This document shows positions 50,618-60,274 of a DNA stretch of 64,000 nt, piece by piece. Numbering within the stretch: position 1 is the stretch's first letter; each line of letters starts with the position of its first letter. The DNA comes from a virus: IMG/VR virus record IMGVR_UViG_3300025413_001414, positions 1 through 64,000 of that record; one strand, written 5' to 3'. A model generated the notes under the pieces. That model was not told the origin of the DNA, made no database searches, and saw only the letters and a program-made list of their open reading frames with translations. Both the position numbers and the translations under genes were made by a program.

Positions 50618-50932
50618 TTATAACATTTTTTTTAATTCATTAACAACCCAATCATACTGCCCATCACTTAGTTCATCACCTACTTCTAATATAATATCTT
50701 CCATAAACTCTGCTTTATAGTCTTTATCATTAGTAGTAATAAAATCATTTATCATACCATTTAAATCCGCACTACCAAATGATCCTAGAAAGGTTATAAC
50801 ATCACTTTCCTGACTCACATCATCATTATCATCGTAGTTTTCTTTGATATACATATCAAATTTAGTAATAATACTTTCTTTGTATAGTGGAAGCCCAGCA
50901 TGTTTTGTTTTCTTCTTTTTTGCCATGTACAT
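50618..50932 (-). CDS. Hypothetical protein with internal tag-like motif
   Basis: KESIITKFDMYIKEN. Confidence 0.6.
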   Translation of the reverse strand: MYMAKKKKTKHAGLPLYKESIITKFDMYIKENYDDNDDVSQESDVITFLGSFGSADLNGMINDFITTNDKDYKAEFMEDIILEVGDELSDGQYDWVVNELKKML

Positions 50933-50966
50933 ATATATAAAAAAAGTGAAATCATAATTTCACTTT

Positions 50967-51557
50967 TTATATTATAATAACCGATTCTAATTCTGTTCTT
51001 TTTTTTGATTCTAATGAATTCATTCTTTTATCAAGTTCCCTATCAAATAGCATAGACATTTCATCAGCATACTTTTGAGGTATAAAAACTTGATAGTATA
51101 AAATTCTTTTTGGGGTATCCATAACAGTTAAGTTAATATCAGTTCTATTTTTAAGAATCATAAGTAATGTTCCTTTCTGAATAAATCTTGTATAGGTTAA
51201 AAGATTTGAATTAAGAAAAGTAGTAGGATCTTTCAAAAGTGTATTCCACGATTGAATTGACTTTTGTTGCATTGAGTTTATCTCAACTTTATCATCATAA
51301 ACTTTAGTTTCAAGTTTAGAAAAAATTGAATTCAATTTTGATAAATTTCTTAGTAGAAAAAATTTAAAGATTAAAGGTGTCTTGAACTTCAATTTATAAA
51401 TCACAAATAACAACACTGAGTAAGCAAGAAAGTAATAACCAAGTGGTATCATATACCAATCTTTATCACCTGCTCGAAATGTGTGCTCAACTCCAGATGT
51501 TATAAAAGATAGGATACTGGAAATTATAACAATAAGTAAGAATAAAACTATATACAT
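50967..51557 (-). CDS. Membrane protein
   Basis: Two N-terminal TM helices. Confidence 0.6.
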   Translation of the reverse strand: MYIVLFLLIVIISSILSFITSGVEHTFRAGDKDWYMIPLGYYFLAYSVLLFVIYKLKFKTPLIFKFFLLRNLSKLNSIFSKLETKVYDDKVEINSMQQKSIQSWNTLLKDPTTFLNSNLLTYTRFIQKGTLLMILKNRTDINLTVMDTPKRILYYQVFIPQKYADEMSMLFDRELDKRMNSLESKKRTELESVIII

Positions 51558-51566
51558 AAATTAAAT

Positions 51567-52907
51567 TTATTTTGATTTCTCAACAAGCTTTTTGTCAAGG
51601 TTTTCTTGGTTTTGTTTTTCAGCTGCCTCATTTTTATCATCACTACCATACATAGCAAAGTAAGAATTACTACCAGCCATTTTATCAAATTCAGGGTCTT
51701 GTGAAAATCCTTTCTTAATCATCTTATCAACGATTTCATGCCAAGTCATTTCACCAAGATACATTAACTTCTTGTCAATTATAACAACATCCACATCTTG
51801 ATTCTTTTCTTCAATCAAGGATATACCAATATCTGAAAGTGTTTTCTTGATATCATCAGATAAAGACCAATAATCAGTAACTTCTGTTATAACATCATCG
51901 ACCTTTTGACCTAGTTTAATATGATATTCTCCTTGTTCAAAAAGTTTCATAAAAGCTTCAGCATTAATACTTTTTACTTTAGAAACTTTTTCCTTAATTA
52001 AATTAGCGATATCTTCTTCCAAAACGACTTTCTCATTAAGCCTTTCTGAAACATGAAAAAAATATCCATTAGTTTCTTCATTGGGTTTCAAAGAATCAAT
52101 TCTTGATTCTAAAACTCTAATATCAGTTGTAGCATCAGAAATCTTTTTCTCAGCAGAAAACTTTTCATATTCAAATCTTTTCAATTCAGATTTTTGATGT
52201 TCAAGTTTCTTTTGCAATTCTTGAAATTTTTCTTCTTTCATCTTTTTGAAAGATTCTTCCAACATAGATTTAGAACTATTTTCACCTTCAAATTCTTTTT
52301 TAGTCCCTTCATTTTTTTCAGTCTTATCCAATGATTTTTCTTCATATGAATTAATAGACATAATCATAGATTGTGCTTCTTCTGAGGCATCAGAATCATC
52401 ATCAAATAGTGAAAGCAAATCATCTAACTTAGAATTTTGTTCATCAGACATTTCCACTTCATCATCAAAGATTGAGGCTAGTTTTGAGATAGGAGTTGTA
52501 TAGTCAACAGATAGATAAAGATTAATTGTCTTATCTAAGACTTTAGTAACACTTTTGAATGGCAAATCTGTAATTACCATCTTCTTATTGAAAGAAGTAA
52601 TTGTTTTCTCACAAATAACATCTAAAAGACGTTCTCTTTGTTCAGCAGTAGTTTTATCTGTATCTACTTCTTCAAAGTTGACAGTTCCTTCATCACAGAT
52701 AGTTAGTTTAAAAGTAATATTATCCGAATCTATACCGGCTAGATACTTACCTTCGATAAAAGCTTCATTAGCAATGAAATGAATGTTTCCTTTCATACCA
52801 AGAAATTCAATAAATTTTTCTTGAGGTTTAAAAGTGCCGATTACTTTTTCCTTTACAGTTTCTTGATTTTCTTGTTCGATGTTATCTAAAATGTCTTGCA
52901 TATACAA
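51567..52907 (-). CDS. Acidic coiled-coil hypothetical protein
   Basis: 446 aa; TATTTTTG promoter at 52915-22. Confidence 0.65.
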   Translation of the reverse strand: MYMQDILDNIEQENQETVKEKVIGTFKPQEKFIEFLGMKGNIHFIANEAFIEGKYLAGIDSDNITFKLTICDEGTVNFEEVDTDKTTAEQRERLLDVICEKTITSFNKKMVITDLPFKSVTKVLDKTINLYLSVDYTTPISKLASIFDDEVEMSDEQNSKLDDLLSLFDDDSDASEEAQSMIMSINSYEEKSLDKTEKNEGTKKEFEGENSSKSMLEESFKKMKEEKFQELQKKLEHQKSELKRFEYEKFSAEKKISDATTDIRVLESRIDSLKPNEETNGYFFHVSERLNEKVVLEEDIANLIKEKVSKVKSINAEAFMKLFEQGEYHIKLGQKVDDVITEVTDYWSLSDDIKKTLSDIGISLIEEKNQDVDVVIIDKKLMYLGEMTWHEIVDKMIKKGFSQDPEFDKMAGSNSYFAMYGSDDKNEAAEKQNQENLDKKLVEKSK

Positions 52908-52927
52908 TTTTTTACAAAAATACGTAA

Positions 52928-53341
52928 TTATTTTGAGTTATCCAACAAATTTTCAATACCGATTTCTCTTCGTTTGATTTTTGCTTCTTCGTCGGTAAGT
53001 GGATCAGGTAATTTTTGACCAAAAGTATCTACTAACTTTGAGACATTTATATATTTATCACTTATACTTATTAGATCAAGTAAATCTGGATCAGTAGTGG
53101 TTACCACATCTACATCTTCATACAAATCTGGAAGCGAATTATAAATCAATTCTAATTCTTTTGTAAATTCGGAAAAGTTTTCTATTACAATTGTATCATC
53201 CTCACTAAAATTATCAATAGATAAAATTAATAACAGTAATAATTCTTTTCGAGTAAGGTTTTTAATTTTTTCGGATTGCTTAGTTACATTGAAATTTAAA
53301 TAAATTTCTTTAAATAAGTCACTAACAGTTAAATTTTCCAT
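52928..53341 (-). CDS. Hypothetical protein with C-terminal tag
   Basis: RREIGIENLL. Confidence 0.6.
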   Translation of the reverse strand: MENLTVSDLFKEIYLNFNVTKQSEKIKNLTRKELLLLLILSIDNFSEDDTIVIENFSEFTKELELIYNSLPDLYEDVDVVTTTDPDLLDLISISDKYINVSKLVDTFGQKLPDPLTDEEAKIKRREIGIENLLDNSK

Positions 53342-53625
53342 TATTCTTCTAATAGTTTTGATAAAACGTATTCACGGTATTCTTGAGCCCCAACAGATCC
53401 AAGTGAATAGGCTCGTCTGAAAAAAACCTCAAATATATTTTCATTACCAATTTCTTTAGCAGCAATAGCACGATTGATACATTTATATTCATCGGTGATT
53501 AGACTTGCTTGCTTTTGTGCTAAGTGTCTTTCCGTATCAACATTTCCATCTGACTTGGAAATAATATCTCTAACACGCTTATAGTTTTTTTCAAATTCTG
53601 ATTTTGATTGACCACGTATCGGCAT
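53341..53625 (-). CDS. Hypothetical protein
   Basis: 94 aa; ends YREYVLSKLLEE. Confidence 0.6.
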   Translation of the reverse strand: MPIRGQSKSEFEKNYKRVRDIISKSDGNVDTERHLAQKQASLITDEYKCINRAIAAKEIGNENIFEVFFRRAYSLGSVGAQEYREYVLSKLLEE

Positions 53626-53636
53626 AAATATTATAG

Positions 53637-54095
53637 TTAATTTTTTTCAAATAAAGAATTAATAATCTCATTTCTAATAACATCCTGATGTATGAAGTAA
53701 TCCTCAAAGAAATGGACTGTAGTATCGAAATGATGAGATCCATACAATTCTTCTACTTCTAACTTTGTTAAATAACAAAAAAAGTGATTTACCGAATCTT
53801 GATCTAAGATATTATAAAAAGGTATTTCTACCTTTCTCCTATAAATATCTTTGTCGGATACTCTCTTATTAATTCTCTGTAAATCTTGTATTTCTTCTTC
53901 TGTTAATTTTTTACCAATGTAAGGCTTAGTCAGATTTAAAAAAGATTTTAATTCATACATATATTTTTTATAATCGGTGATAACTTCAACTTTTTTATCG
54001 ACTATTTCAGTCACATTATACCAATCATCTTGTTCAAAAAAGATGCCCCAATGTGCATCATATGTCTTTATACATTTTACTTTCATATTATTCAA
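53637..54095 (-). CDS. Hypothetical protein with C-terminal tag
   Basis: MKVKCIK...IRNEIINSLF. Confidence 0.6.
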   Translation of the reverse strand: MNNMKVKCIKTYDAHWGIFFEQDDWYNVTEIVDKKVEVITDYKKYMYELKSFLNLTKPYIGKKLTEEEIQDLQRINKRVSDKDIYRRKVEIPFYNILDQDSVNHFFCYLTKLEVEELYGSHHFDTTVHFFEDYFIHQDVIRNEIINSLFEKN

Positions 54096-54471
54096 AGTCA
54101 GCTATTGGTATTTCTTTAGCCAAATCAGACCTGGTTTTTTTAGGTTTAGGCTTATAAACCATATTTAAGGCACTATATTTTATATCTTCATTTTGAACCA
54201 CTTTACTTGATTTTAAAATATCTTGTAGTATTTTAGGATCCGGATTTTTATGAAGATACAAGGCTATATCTAATATCATATTTTGAGTATCCTTATGTCG
54301 TATTTTATCAATCTCATATCCATATTTATTAGAAAGATAGGTTACGAATCCATATGGCAAAGTATTATTACCTGATTCTATATTCTGAATAATAAGTCTA
54401 TGATAGTCTATATTCATCACCAATTCTCTTGGGACTACTATAGACAAATCTTTTTGTATAAGTTCCATCAT
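54088..54471 (-). CDS. Hypothetical protein
   Basis: 127 aa. Confidence 0.55.
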   Translation of the reverse strand: MMELIQKDLSIVVPRELVMNIDYHRLIIQNIESGNNTLPYGFVTYLSNKYGYEIDKIRHKDTQNMILDIALYLHKNPDPKILQDILKSSKVVQNEDIKYSALNMVYKPKPKKTRSDLAKEIPIADFE

Positions 54472-54488
54472 ATTTTATATTTAATATT

Positions 54489-54711
54489 ATAGTGACGATT
54501 ATACCCGCGGTTCTGTTTTATTCTATCATTTATCTCACCTTTCGGTGGCCTATTAAGGCTGCCTCAACCCGACTATCGTTGGGAAACCGACACCCTAAGT
54601 CTGTATGAGTTGCTACTTCTTTGGTCTAACGACTGATTAGGTCTTCCAAATTAGGTTTTGTAGCCGCGAAGTTCCTCTAGCATTTGCCAGCGATAGATCA
54701 TCCATCACTAT
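54489..54711 (-). ncRNA. rnpB: RNase P RNA, minimal (catalytic domain only)
   Basis: GAGGAACU-U-CGCGG / ACAGAACCGCGGGU (P4 with bulged U); P1 10 bp, P2 7 bp, P3; P5 CUAC/GUAG-CAA; P6 AAACC/GGUUU; P15 with GGU; P18 CACC-GAAA-GGUG; AGAUAAAUGA. Confidence 0.9.
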
Positions 54712-55175
54712 GTTAATATTTCTAAATTCAATTCTCTTTTAAACTTTTGTTTATACTCACCAATAAATTCCTCTAAAAGTGGGTGAATATGTGGATATAT
54801 TTCTTCACGAATATTATCAACATCACCAATATACTCTTTGAATAATTTTAAAATTCTATTAGGTGTATTTGGTATAATATTAATTAAACATAAATAGTTT
54901 AAAACCCTTTCTTTTTTAGGATCTAATTTTTTACCACTTTTATTCCATGTGTCCATCCATTCCAATTTTAAAGACATTGCTTTAAAATCAGTAACAACTA
55001 CACTCTGCCACCAATCAGAAAATTCATTATCCCTAATCACTGGATCAAATCCAATCATCTTGGTATATTTTTCCCATATATAATCAATATTGGATCGTAA
55101 GACATATGTATCATTACAAGCCTTATGAAACATTATTGAAAATGTTAATAAGTTATCTACCTGGTCATTATTCAT
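54708..55175 (-). CDS. Hypothetical protein with C-terminal tag, probably leaderless
   Basis: KRELNLEILT*; TATATTTG at 55180-87 just upstream of the ATG. Confidence 0.6.
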   Translation of the reverse strand: MNNDQVDNLLTFSIMFHKACNDTYVLRSNIDYIWEKYTKMIGFDPVIRDNEFSDWWQSVVVTDFKAMSLKLEWMDTWNKSGKKLDPKKERVLNYLCLINIIPNTPNRILKLFKEYIGDVDNIREEIYPHIHPLLEEFIGEYKQKFKRELNLEILT

Positions 55176-55256
55176 ATTACAAATATACGATAAATTTAAG
55201 AAAAAAGAAAAAACAAAATCTTTAAAATTAAATATATAGATAAAATTATTTTTGAT

Positions 55257-56117
55257 ATGAATAGAAAATGGCTTATATTTTTGGTATCTCTTGCAGCAAT
55301 TACAATTGCTGGAACTGCTGCCTATTTTTCAGTTACAGGTCTTGGTGTATTATTTGCTGGTGCTTCTGTGTCAGTTATGATTATGGCTGGTTCATTAGAG
55401 TTTGCTAAACTTGTTACTGCTACATACTTAAAACAATCTTGGAAAACAATAAAAGGTATTAATAAATGGTATTTAACAATTGCTGTTGCTATTTTAATGT
55501 TAATTACATCTGCGGGTATCTTTGGTTATTTATCAAATGCCTTCCAACAACAAAATTTGAAATTAGACCAAGTTCAGCGAGAAATCTCTGTCTGGGACAC
55601 AAAGATTAAAACTAATAATGATCAAATTACATTCTTAAATACACAACTTACTAATTTACAACAAAATCAGGGTAAGTTATTGGAAAATGGTAAAGTTAAT
55701 AATCGTTTATTATCATCAGTTGATAATAGGGATAAACAAACAGCTAAGATATCCGATAAAATATCATCTTTACAAGATTCAATTGTATCCTACAATAATC
55801 AAATCAATGAAATCAAAAACAAAAACATCGACATTGAAAAAGAAGTTGGTGGATTTAGATTCGTAGCTGAGGCTTTTAATGTTCCATTAAAAACAGTTGT
55901 TAAATTTTTCATAATTTTAATTGTAGTAGTTTTTGACCCATTAGCTATCGCACTTGTAATTGCTTTTAACGAGTTAACTTTACAAGGTAAAAAAGATGAA
56001 GAAGAAACTAAAACTGAACTACCACAAGTTGAGACTCCTAAAGTAGAACAGGAAATATCAACACCAACCGTTGAAACTACTGAATCTGATGATTCTGATT
56101 TAAAAAAAAAGTCTTAG
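55257..56117 (+). CDS. Membrane protein with coiled coil (short isoform)
   Basis: Three N-terminal TMs (LEFAKLV, TSAGIFGYLS), coiled coil, TM (VFDPLAIALVIA). Confidence 0.75.
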   Translation: MNRKWLIFLVSLAAITIAGTAAYFSVTGLGVLFAGASVSVMIMAGSLEFAKLVTATYLKQSWKTIKGINKWYLTIAVAILMLITSAGIFGYLSNAFQQQNLKLDQVQREISVWDTKIKTNNDQITFLNTQLTNLQQNQGKLLENGKVNNRLLSSVDNRDKQTAKISDKISSLQDSIVSYNNQINEIKNKNIDIEKEVGGFRFVAEAFNVPLKTVVKFFIILIVVVFDPLAIALVIAFNELTLQGKKDEEETKTELPQVETPKVEQEISTPTVETTESDDSDLKKKS

Positions 56118-56995
56118 AGGATAAGGAAGAGTACCTTAAAAACTTAGAAAACCAATTAGAATCAAAATTAAAAGAAGTTGAAACTGTTAAAAATGAATAT
56201 GCTTCTAAGTTAAAAGAACTAGAAGATAATAAGTTAAATTTCAACTCTACTTCACAAAAACATCTTCAAGATTTAGAAAGTCAAAAAAATGAATACTCTT
56301 CTAAATTGAAAGAATTAGAGTCATTAAAATCAATTAATGAATCACAACTACAAGATTTAGAAAATCAAAAGTCTGAATTTGATTCTAAATTAAATGATTT
56401 AGCAAAACAAAAATCTGAAATAACTTCTAAATTAAATGAATTAGAAAGTCAGAAATCAAGTAGTGATGCTTTACAATTGGAATTAAACAATGCTAAATCT
56501 GAATATACTTCTAAATTAAATGAATTAGAATCATTAAAATCTGAATATACTTCTAAATTAAATGAATTGGAATTAGATAAAACTAATTACAATAACAAAT
56601 TTATTGAATTACAAAATCTTAAAAATGAATATGATTCTAAATTGAAATCTTTAGAAAATAGACAAAATGGCTTAGACAATGAAGTAGAAGAAAAAAGAAG
56701 AGATTTAGAATTAAAATATAAATCTAAATTAAAAGAGATTGAAAAGACTTATCAAGATAAGATAAAGAATATGGAAGAAGATTTTGAATCTAAAATTGAA
56801 CAATTACAAGAATCTTATAAGGATAAAATGTCTGACTTAATCGATACAAATAATTCTAAAGTTGATAAAGAAAATTTAAATAATATTAAAGAAATGTTAG
56901 TTAGCACACATGGATCACTACCATATTATCAAAATAGAATGGATGCTCTTAAAAGAAGAATTGAAGAAGTAATTGAGCAGATAGAAAGTCTGTAA
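56099..56995 (+). CDS. -1 frame coiled-coil extension (EYxSKLxELE repeats)
   Basis: Frame opens at the slippery run TTTAAAAAAAAAG, has no ATG until 56771, and repeats precede the track's TTG start. Confidence 0.65.
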   Translation, partial: FKKKVLEDKEEYLKNLENQLESKLKEVETVKNEYASKLKELEDNKLNFNSTSQKHLQDLESQKNEYSSKLKELESLKSINESQLQDLENQKSEFDSKLNDLAKQKSEITSKLNELESQKSSSDALQLELNNAKSEYTSKLNELESLKSEYTSKLNELELDKTNYNNKFIELQNLKNEYDSKLKSLENRQNGLDNEVEEKRRDLELKYKSKLKEIEKTYQDKIKNMEEDFESKIEQLQESYKDKMSDLIDTNNSKVDKENLNNIKEMLVSTHGSLPYYQNRMDALKRRIEEVIEQIESL

Positions 56996-57015
56996 TTAAT
57001 TTTAATATATAGTGT

Positions 57016-57750
57016 ATGTCTTTATCTAATTACAAAAAAACTCTTATTTATTTAAAAAAGAAGAAAAGAATTCTTTTCCTAACCACATCTACCAGATGGA
57101 ATGATGAGGTTCCTAAATCATCATCTTTAGCCTATTCACTAAAAGAAGAATTAGGAAATGATAAAGTCACCATTATTGATGTTTCTAAATTAAAAATCTA
57201 TCCGTGTGAAGGCAATGTTTCACAAATGAGTAATGGTAATCATTGCGGAACCAAAGAAGCTGTTTTAAAAGACAAACAAAAAAATCCATCAGGTAATCAC
57301 AGGTGTTGGTGCTCTATCAACAATGAAGATGATGAATTGTGGAAAATATCAAAAGAATTGTTAGAGTCGGATTGTGTAGTTTTCTTTGGGTCAATTCGTT
57401 GGGGTAAAATGAATGCTATGTATGCTAAATTAATTGAAAGATTAACTTGGTTAGAAAATAGACACACTACTCTTGGAGAATCCAATATTATAAAGAATAT
57501 AGATTGTGGTATAATATCAGTTGGCCACAACTGGAATGGTAAAGAAGCAATTGAATTGGAAAAGAAAATTTTAACATTTTTTGGGTTTAATGTTCCTAAT
57601 GAATTATCATGGTCTTATCAGTGGACCGAAGATTATAAAGATGAGTCACAAGCTGGGTATAAACAAGATCCTAAGGATTTTGAAAAAGAATTTAGCTTTA
57701 TTCAATTAATTAGAGAGAGTATTATAAAATTCAAAGATTTTATAAAATGA
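57016..57750 (+). CDS. Flavodoxin-like / NADPH-dependent FMN reductase family protein
   Basis: ILFLTTSTR, IYPCEG...C...CWC, D.VVFFGSIRWG, LIERL. Confidence 0.75.
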   Translation: MSLSNYKKTLIYLKKKKRILFLTTSTRWNDEVPKSSSLAYSLKEELGNDKVTIIDVSKLKIYPCEGNVSQMSNGNHCGTKEAVLKDKQKNPSGNHRCWCSINNEDDELWKISKELLESDCVVFFGSIRWGKMNAMYAKLIERLTWLENRHTTLGESNIIKNIDCGIISVGHNWNGKEAIELEKKILTFFGFNVPNELSWSYQWTEDYKDESQAGYKQDPKDFEKEFSFIQLIRESIIKFKDFIK

Positions 57751-57908
57751 GATAAAGCACATCAACAATTAAAAGATACAATATTATTTTAATTTGGACT
57801 GTAGGAGGAATGTGCTTAAAGAAATAAACCGGCAGTTTAAATCTTTGAAGGGTTTGATTAAACGCTATTCGTGATCCACTCTAAATAAACCTTGTTGTGA
57901 AACATATC

Positions 57909-58196
57909 TCATATATCAAAATCTTGAAATCCTTGTAATTTATCCCTTAACCTAAGGAGTGTAAACATTTGATTTTTAGATAAGTGTTTAAATTTTTTAT
58001 TGGATTTAATAAACATAAGATCATGAACTCTCTTTTGTGAAAATTTAGCAATATAATCTTTGAATCTACTACTCATATTATTAGTTTGAAATATCTTTCC
58101 ATTAAGTGAGGAAATGATTTCAAGAAACTCTTTCTTTTCAAAAATCCAAGTTCGAATTTTGTTATCAATAAAGTTATTTATTACACTAGCTTTCAT
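57909..58196 (-). CDS. Hypothetical protein
   Basis: 95 aa. Confidence 0.5.
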   Translation of the reverse strand: MKASVINNFIDNKIRTWIFEKKEFLEIISSLNGKIFQTNNMSSRFKDYIAKFSQKRVHDLMFIKSNKKFKHLSKNQMFTLLRLRDKLQGFQDFDI

Positions 58197-58197
58197 T

Positions 58198-58752
58198 TTA
58201 AAATCTTCGTTTATTTGATAAATAAATTAGTCCACCCATTAGAGCACCACCCACATGTCCAAAATGAGACACATTATCATGTGAATTGAATCCACTGATT
58301 ACCTCAATTAAAAATAGACCACCAATAATATACTTAGCTTTAATAGGAGCAGGTAGGAACATAAAATACATTGACTGATTTGGATACATCAAAGTAAATA
58401 TAACCATAATACCCCAGATGGAACCAGAAGCCCCAACTAAAGGATTACTACTCCCTACCATATAAAGATGAAGGGCTGCTCCAGCAATGCCACAAAGTAA
58501 ATAGTAAATCCACATTTTTCGACCACCATAAATTTCCTCAACAGAAGGTCCAAAAGATAGTAATACTAACATATTGAAAATAATATGTAAAAAACCACCA
58601 TGTATGAATTGGTAAGTGATAAACTGAAATCCTAAATCGGGATTATTCAAAGAAAATAATCCATACATTAGATTTGGTAGCAATAGTGTCAATAAAAAGG
58701 CTACTACATTAATGTAGAAAATACTTTTAACGGTAGGTGTAGATTGGAACAT
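58198..58752 (-). CDS. Rhomboid intramembrane serine protease
   Basis: FIHGGFLHIIFNM, VGASG, SHFGHVGG. Confidence 0.92.
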   Translation of the reverse strand: MFQSTPTVKSIFYINVVAFLLTLLLPNLMYGLFSLNNPDLGFQFITYQFIHGGFLHIIFNMLVLLSFGPSVEEIYGGRKMWIYYLLCGIAGAALHLYMVGSSNPLVGASGSIWGIMVIFTLMYPNQSMYFMFLPAPIKAKYIIGGLFLIEVISGFNSHDNVSHFGHVGGALMGGLIYLSNKRRF

Positions 58753-58844
58753 ATATTTAATTTAATTTAATATTTTATTTAATATTTTATTTAATTTTTT
58801 ATCTCTAATAATTTGTGCAGTTATATCTCTACAAAGATAAGAAA

Positions 58845-60188
58845 TTATTTTAACTTCTTTTTTAATATTGATAAATCTTCTAAATACATATTTTTAGAAT
58901 CAATTTTACTAAGAGCATCCATTTCTTCTTTCTTAATCTTAAAATCTTCTTTTAATTTTTCAAACATTTCTTTTGTTAAAGACCAGATTGGCATTCTCAA
59001 TAAGTAGTCGAAACTATCATCAATTTTATCCAAGCCTAAAGCATCAATATCTTTTATAAGTTTATCCTTTGGAACATTTTTTACCTCTAACTTACCATCT
59101 AAAATAGCTTTAATAAATCTTGCTCTATTAGATAATATTTTTAATTCATGGTTTAACTTATCTAAAAGATATTGTTTTCTTTTATCATAATAAGTTAACC
59201 TGAAATTAACAAAGTAGATAAATATATCTTCAATAGAATCAAATATTTTTAACTTACTATTTTCATCCAAAGTAGAGTAGATTTCAGTTTCATATTCTTC
59301 TAATTTAAGAAGTTTTATTAGCTTTTCCTCATCATACTTAGCTAACTGGTCTCGTGTAAATTTAATGGTATAATCTATATTATCCTTACAATTATCATCA
59401 TAAGAGATAATAACCTTCTTTTCAATTAAGTCATCTAAGATTGATTCGTATTTTTCGAAAGTCATTGATGGTGGTAATTCTGTTATCTTAACTGTTGATG
59501 TATTAACAACTTGAGGCTTTCCTCTGATTATCCATCTTTTTTTATTTTCTTCATCTTGAATATAATCACCATTGAAGAAAGGATTATAGGGTTTAACTTG
59601 AGATATCTTTTTACCTTTTAATAAATTTTCACAAGCTGTAATTGCATCAATTGGATTTCTGTTTAATATATTAGAAGAAAATCCAACTGCGATACCAGAT
59701 GAACCGTTAATTAATACTGTTGGTATAATAGGTAGGAAAAATCTTGGTTCAATTTCTTCTCCTTCTTCTTCTTTATAATCTAGTAATTCAAAGTCTTTAT
59801 AAAGTAGTCTAAAGTTATTATTTAATTTGGTTCCAATATATCTTGGAGCACCTGGTTCAGGTGATCTCAAGGACCCGAATTGACCATCTTCTTCAAGAAG
59901 TGGCATATTGTTTTTGAATTTTTGAGCCATGTTAATAATAGCAGATTCAAGACTTGTGTTACCATGATGATAATAACAATCAGAAGCTACTTTTCCAGCT
60001 AATTGAAATATTTTTAATGGTTTTTCGTTACCCGTTTTCCAAACAGAGTTACTAACGTGAATAATCTTTCTTTGTGAAGGTTTAAGACCATCTATAACAG
60101 ATGGTATGGCTCTATTTTCAATAACATATAATGAAAATTCTTTGTATTCACTTGATAAAAATTCTGTAATTGTTTTTTCTGAATTCAT
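58845..60188 (-). CDS. Type IIA topoisomerase cleavage subunit (T4 gp52/GyrA-like)
   Basis: RAIPSVIDGLKPSQRK, YHHG, GQFGS, APRYI (catalytic Tyr), LINGSSGIAVG; ATG at 60188 preferred. Confidence 0.92.
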   Translation of the reverse strand: MNSEKTITEFLSSEYKEFSLYVIENRAIPSVIDGLKPSQRKIIHVSNSVWKTGNEKPLKIFQLAGKVASDCYYHHGNTSLESAIINMAQKFKNNMPLLEEDGQFGSLRSPEPGAPRYIGTKLNNNFRLLYKDFELLDYKEEEGEEIEPRFFLPIIPTVLINGSSGIAVGFSSNILNRNPIDAITACENLLKGKKISQVKPYNPFFNGDYIQDEENKKRWIIRGKPQVVNTSTVKITELPPSMTFEKYESILDDLIEKKVIISYDDNCKDNIDYTIKFTRDQLAKYDEEKLIKLLKLEEYETEIYSTLDENSKLKIFDSIEDIFIYFVNFRLTYYDKRKQYLLDKLNHELKILSNRARFIKAILDGKLEVKNVPKDKLIKDIDALGLDKIDDSFDYLLRMPIWSLTKEMFEKLKEDFKIKKEEMDALSKIDSKNMYLEDLSILKKKLK

Positions 60189-60274
60189 AATGTATATATA
60201 ATAATATTTATTTTTTGTTTTAAAACAGGTATACAATCAGTGATCGAATGGCTTAAAATTTAATATATATATTT

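Noticed and set aside
57753-57905. Possible structured RNA (AAGCACAT/ATGTGCTT pairing)
   Set aside because: A single 8-bp stem between convergent genes, with no promoter or further support.
58757-58800. AT-rich short tandem repeat as a replication origin
   Set aside because: Low-complexity 5' leader of the rhomboid gene; no iterons or other support.
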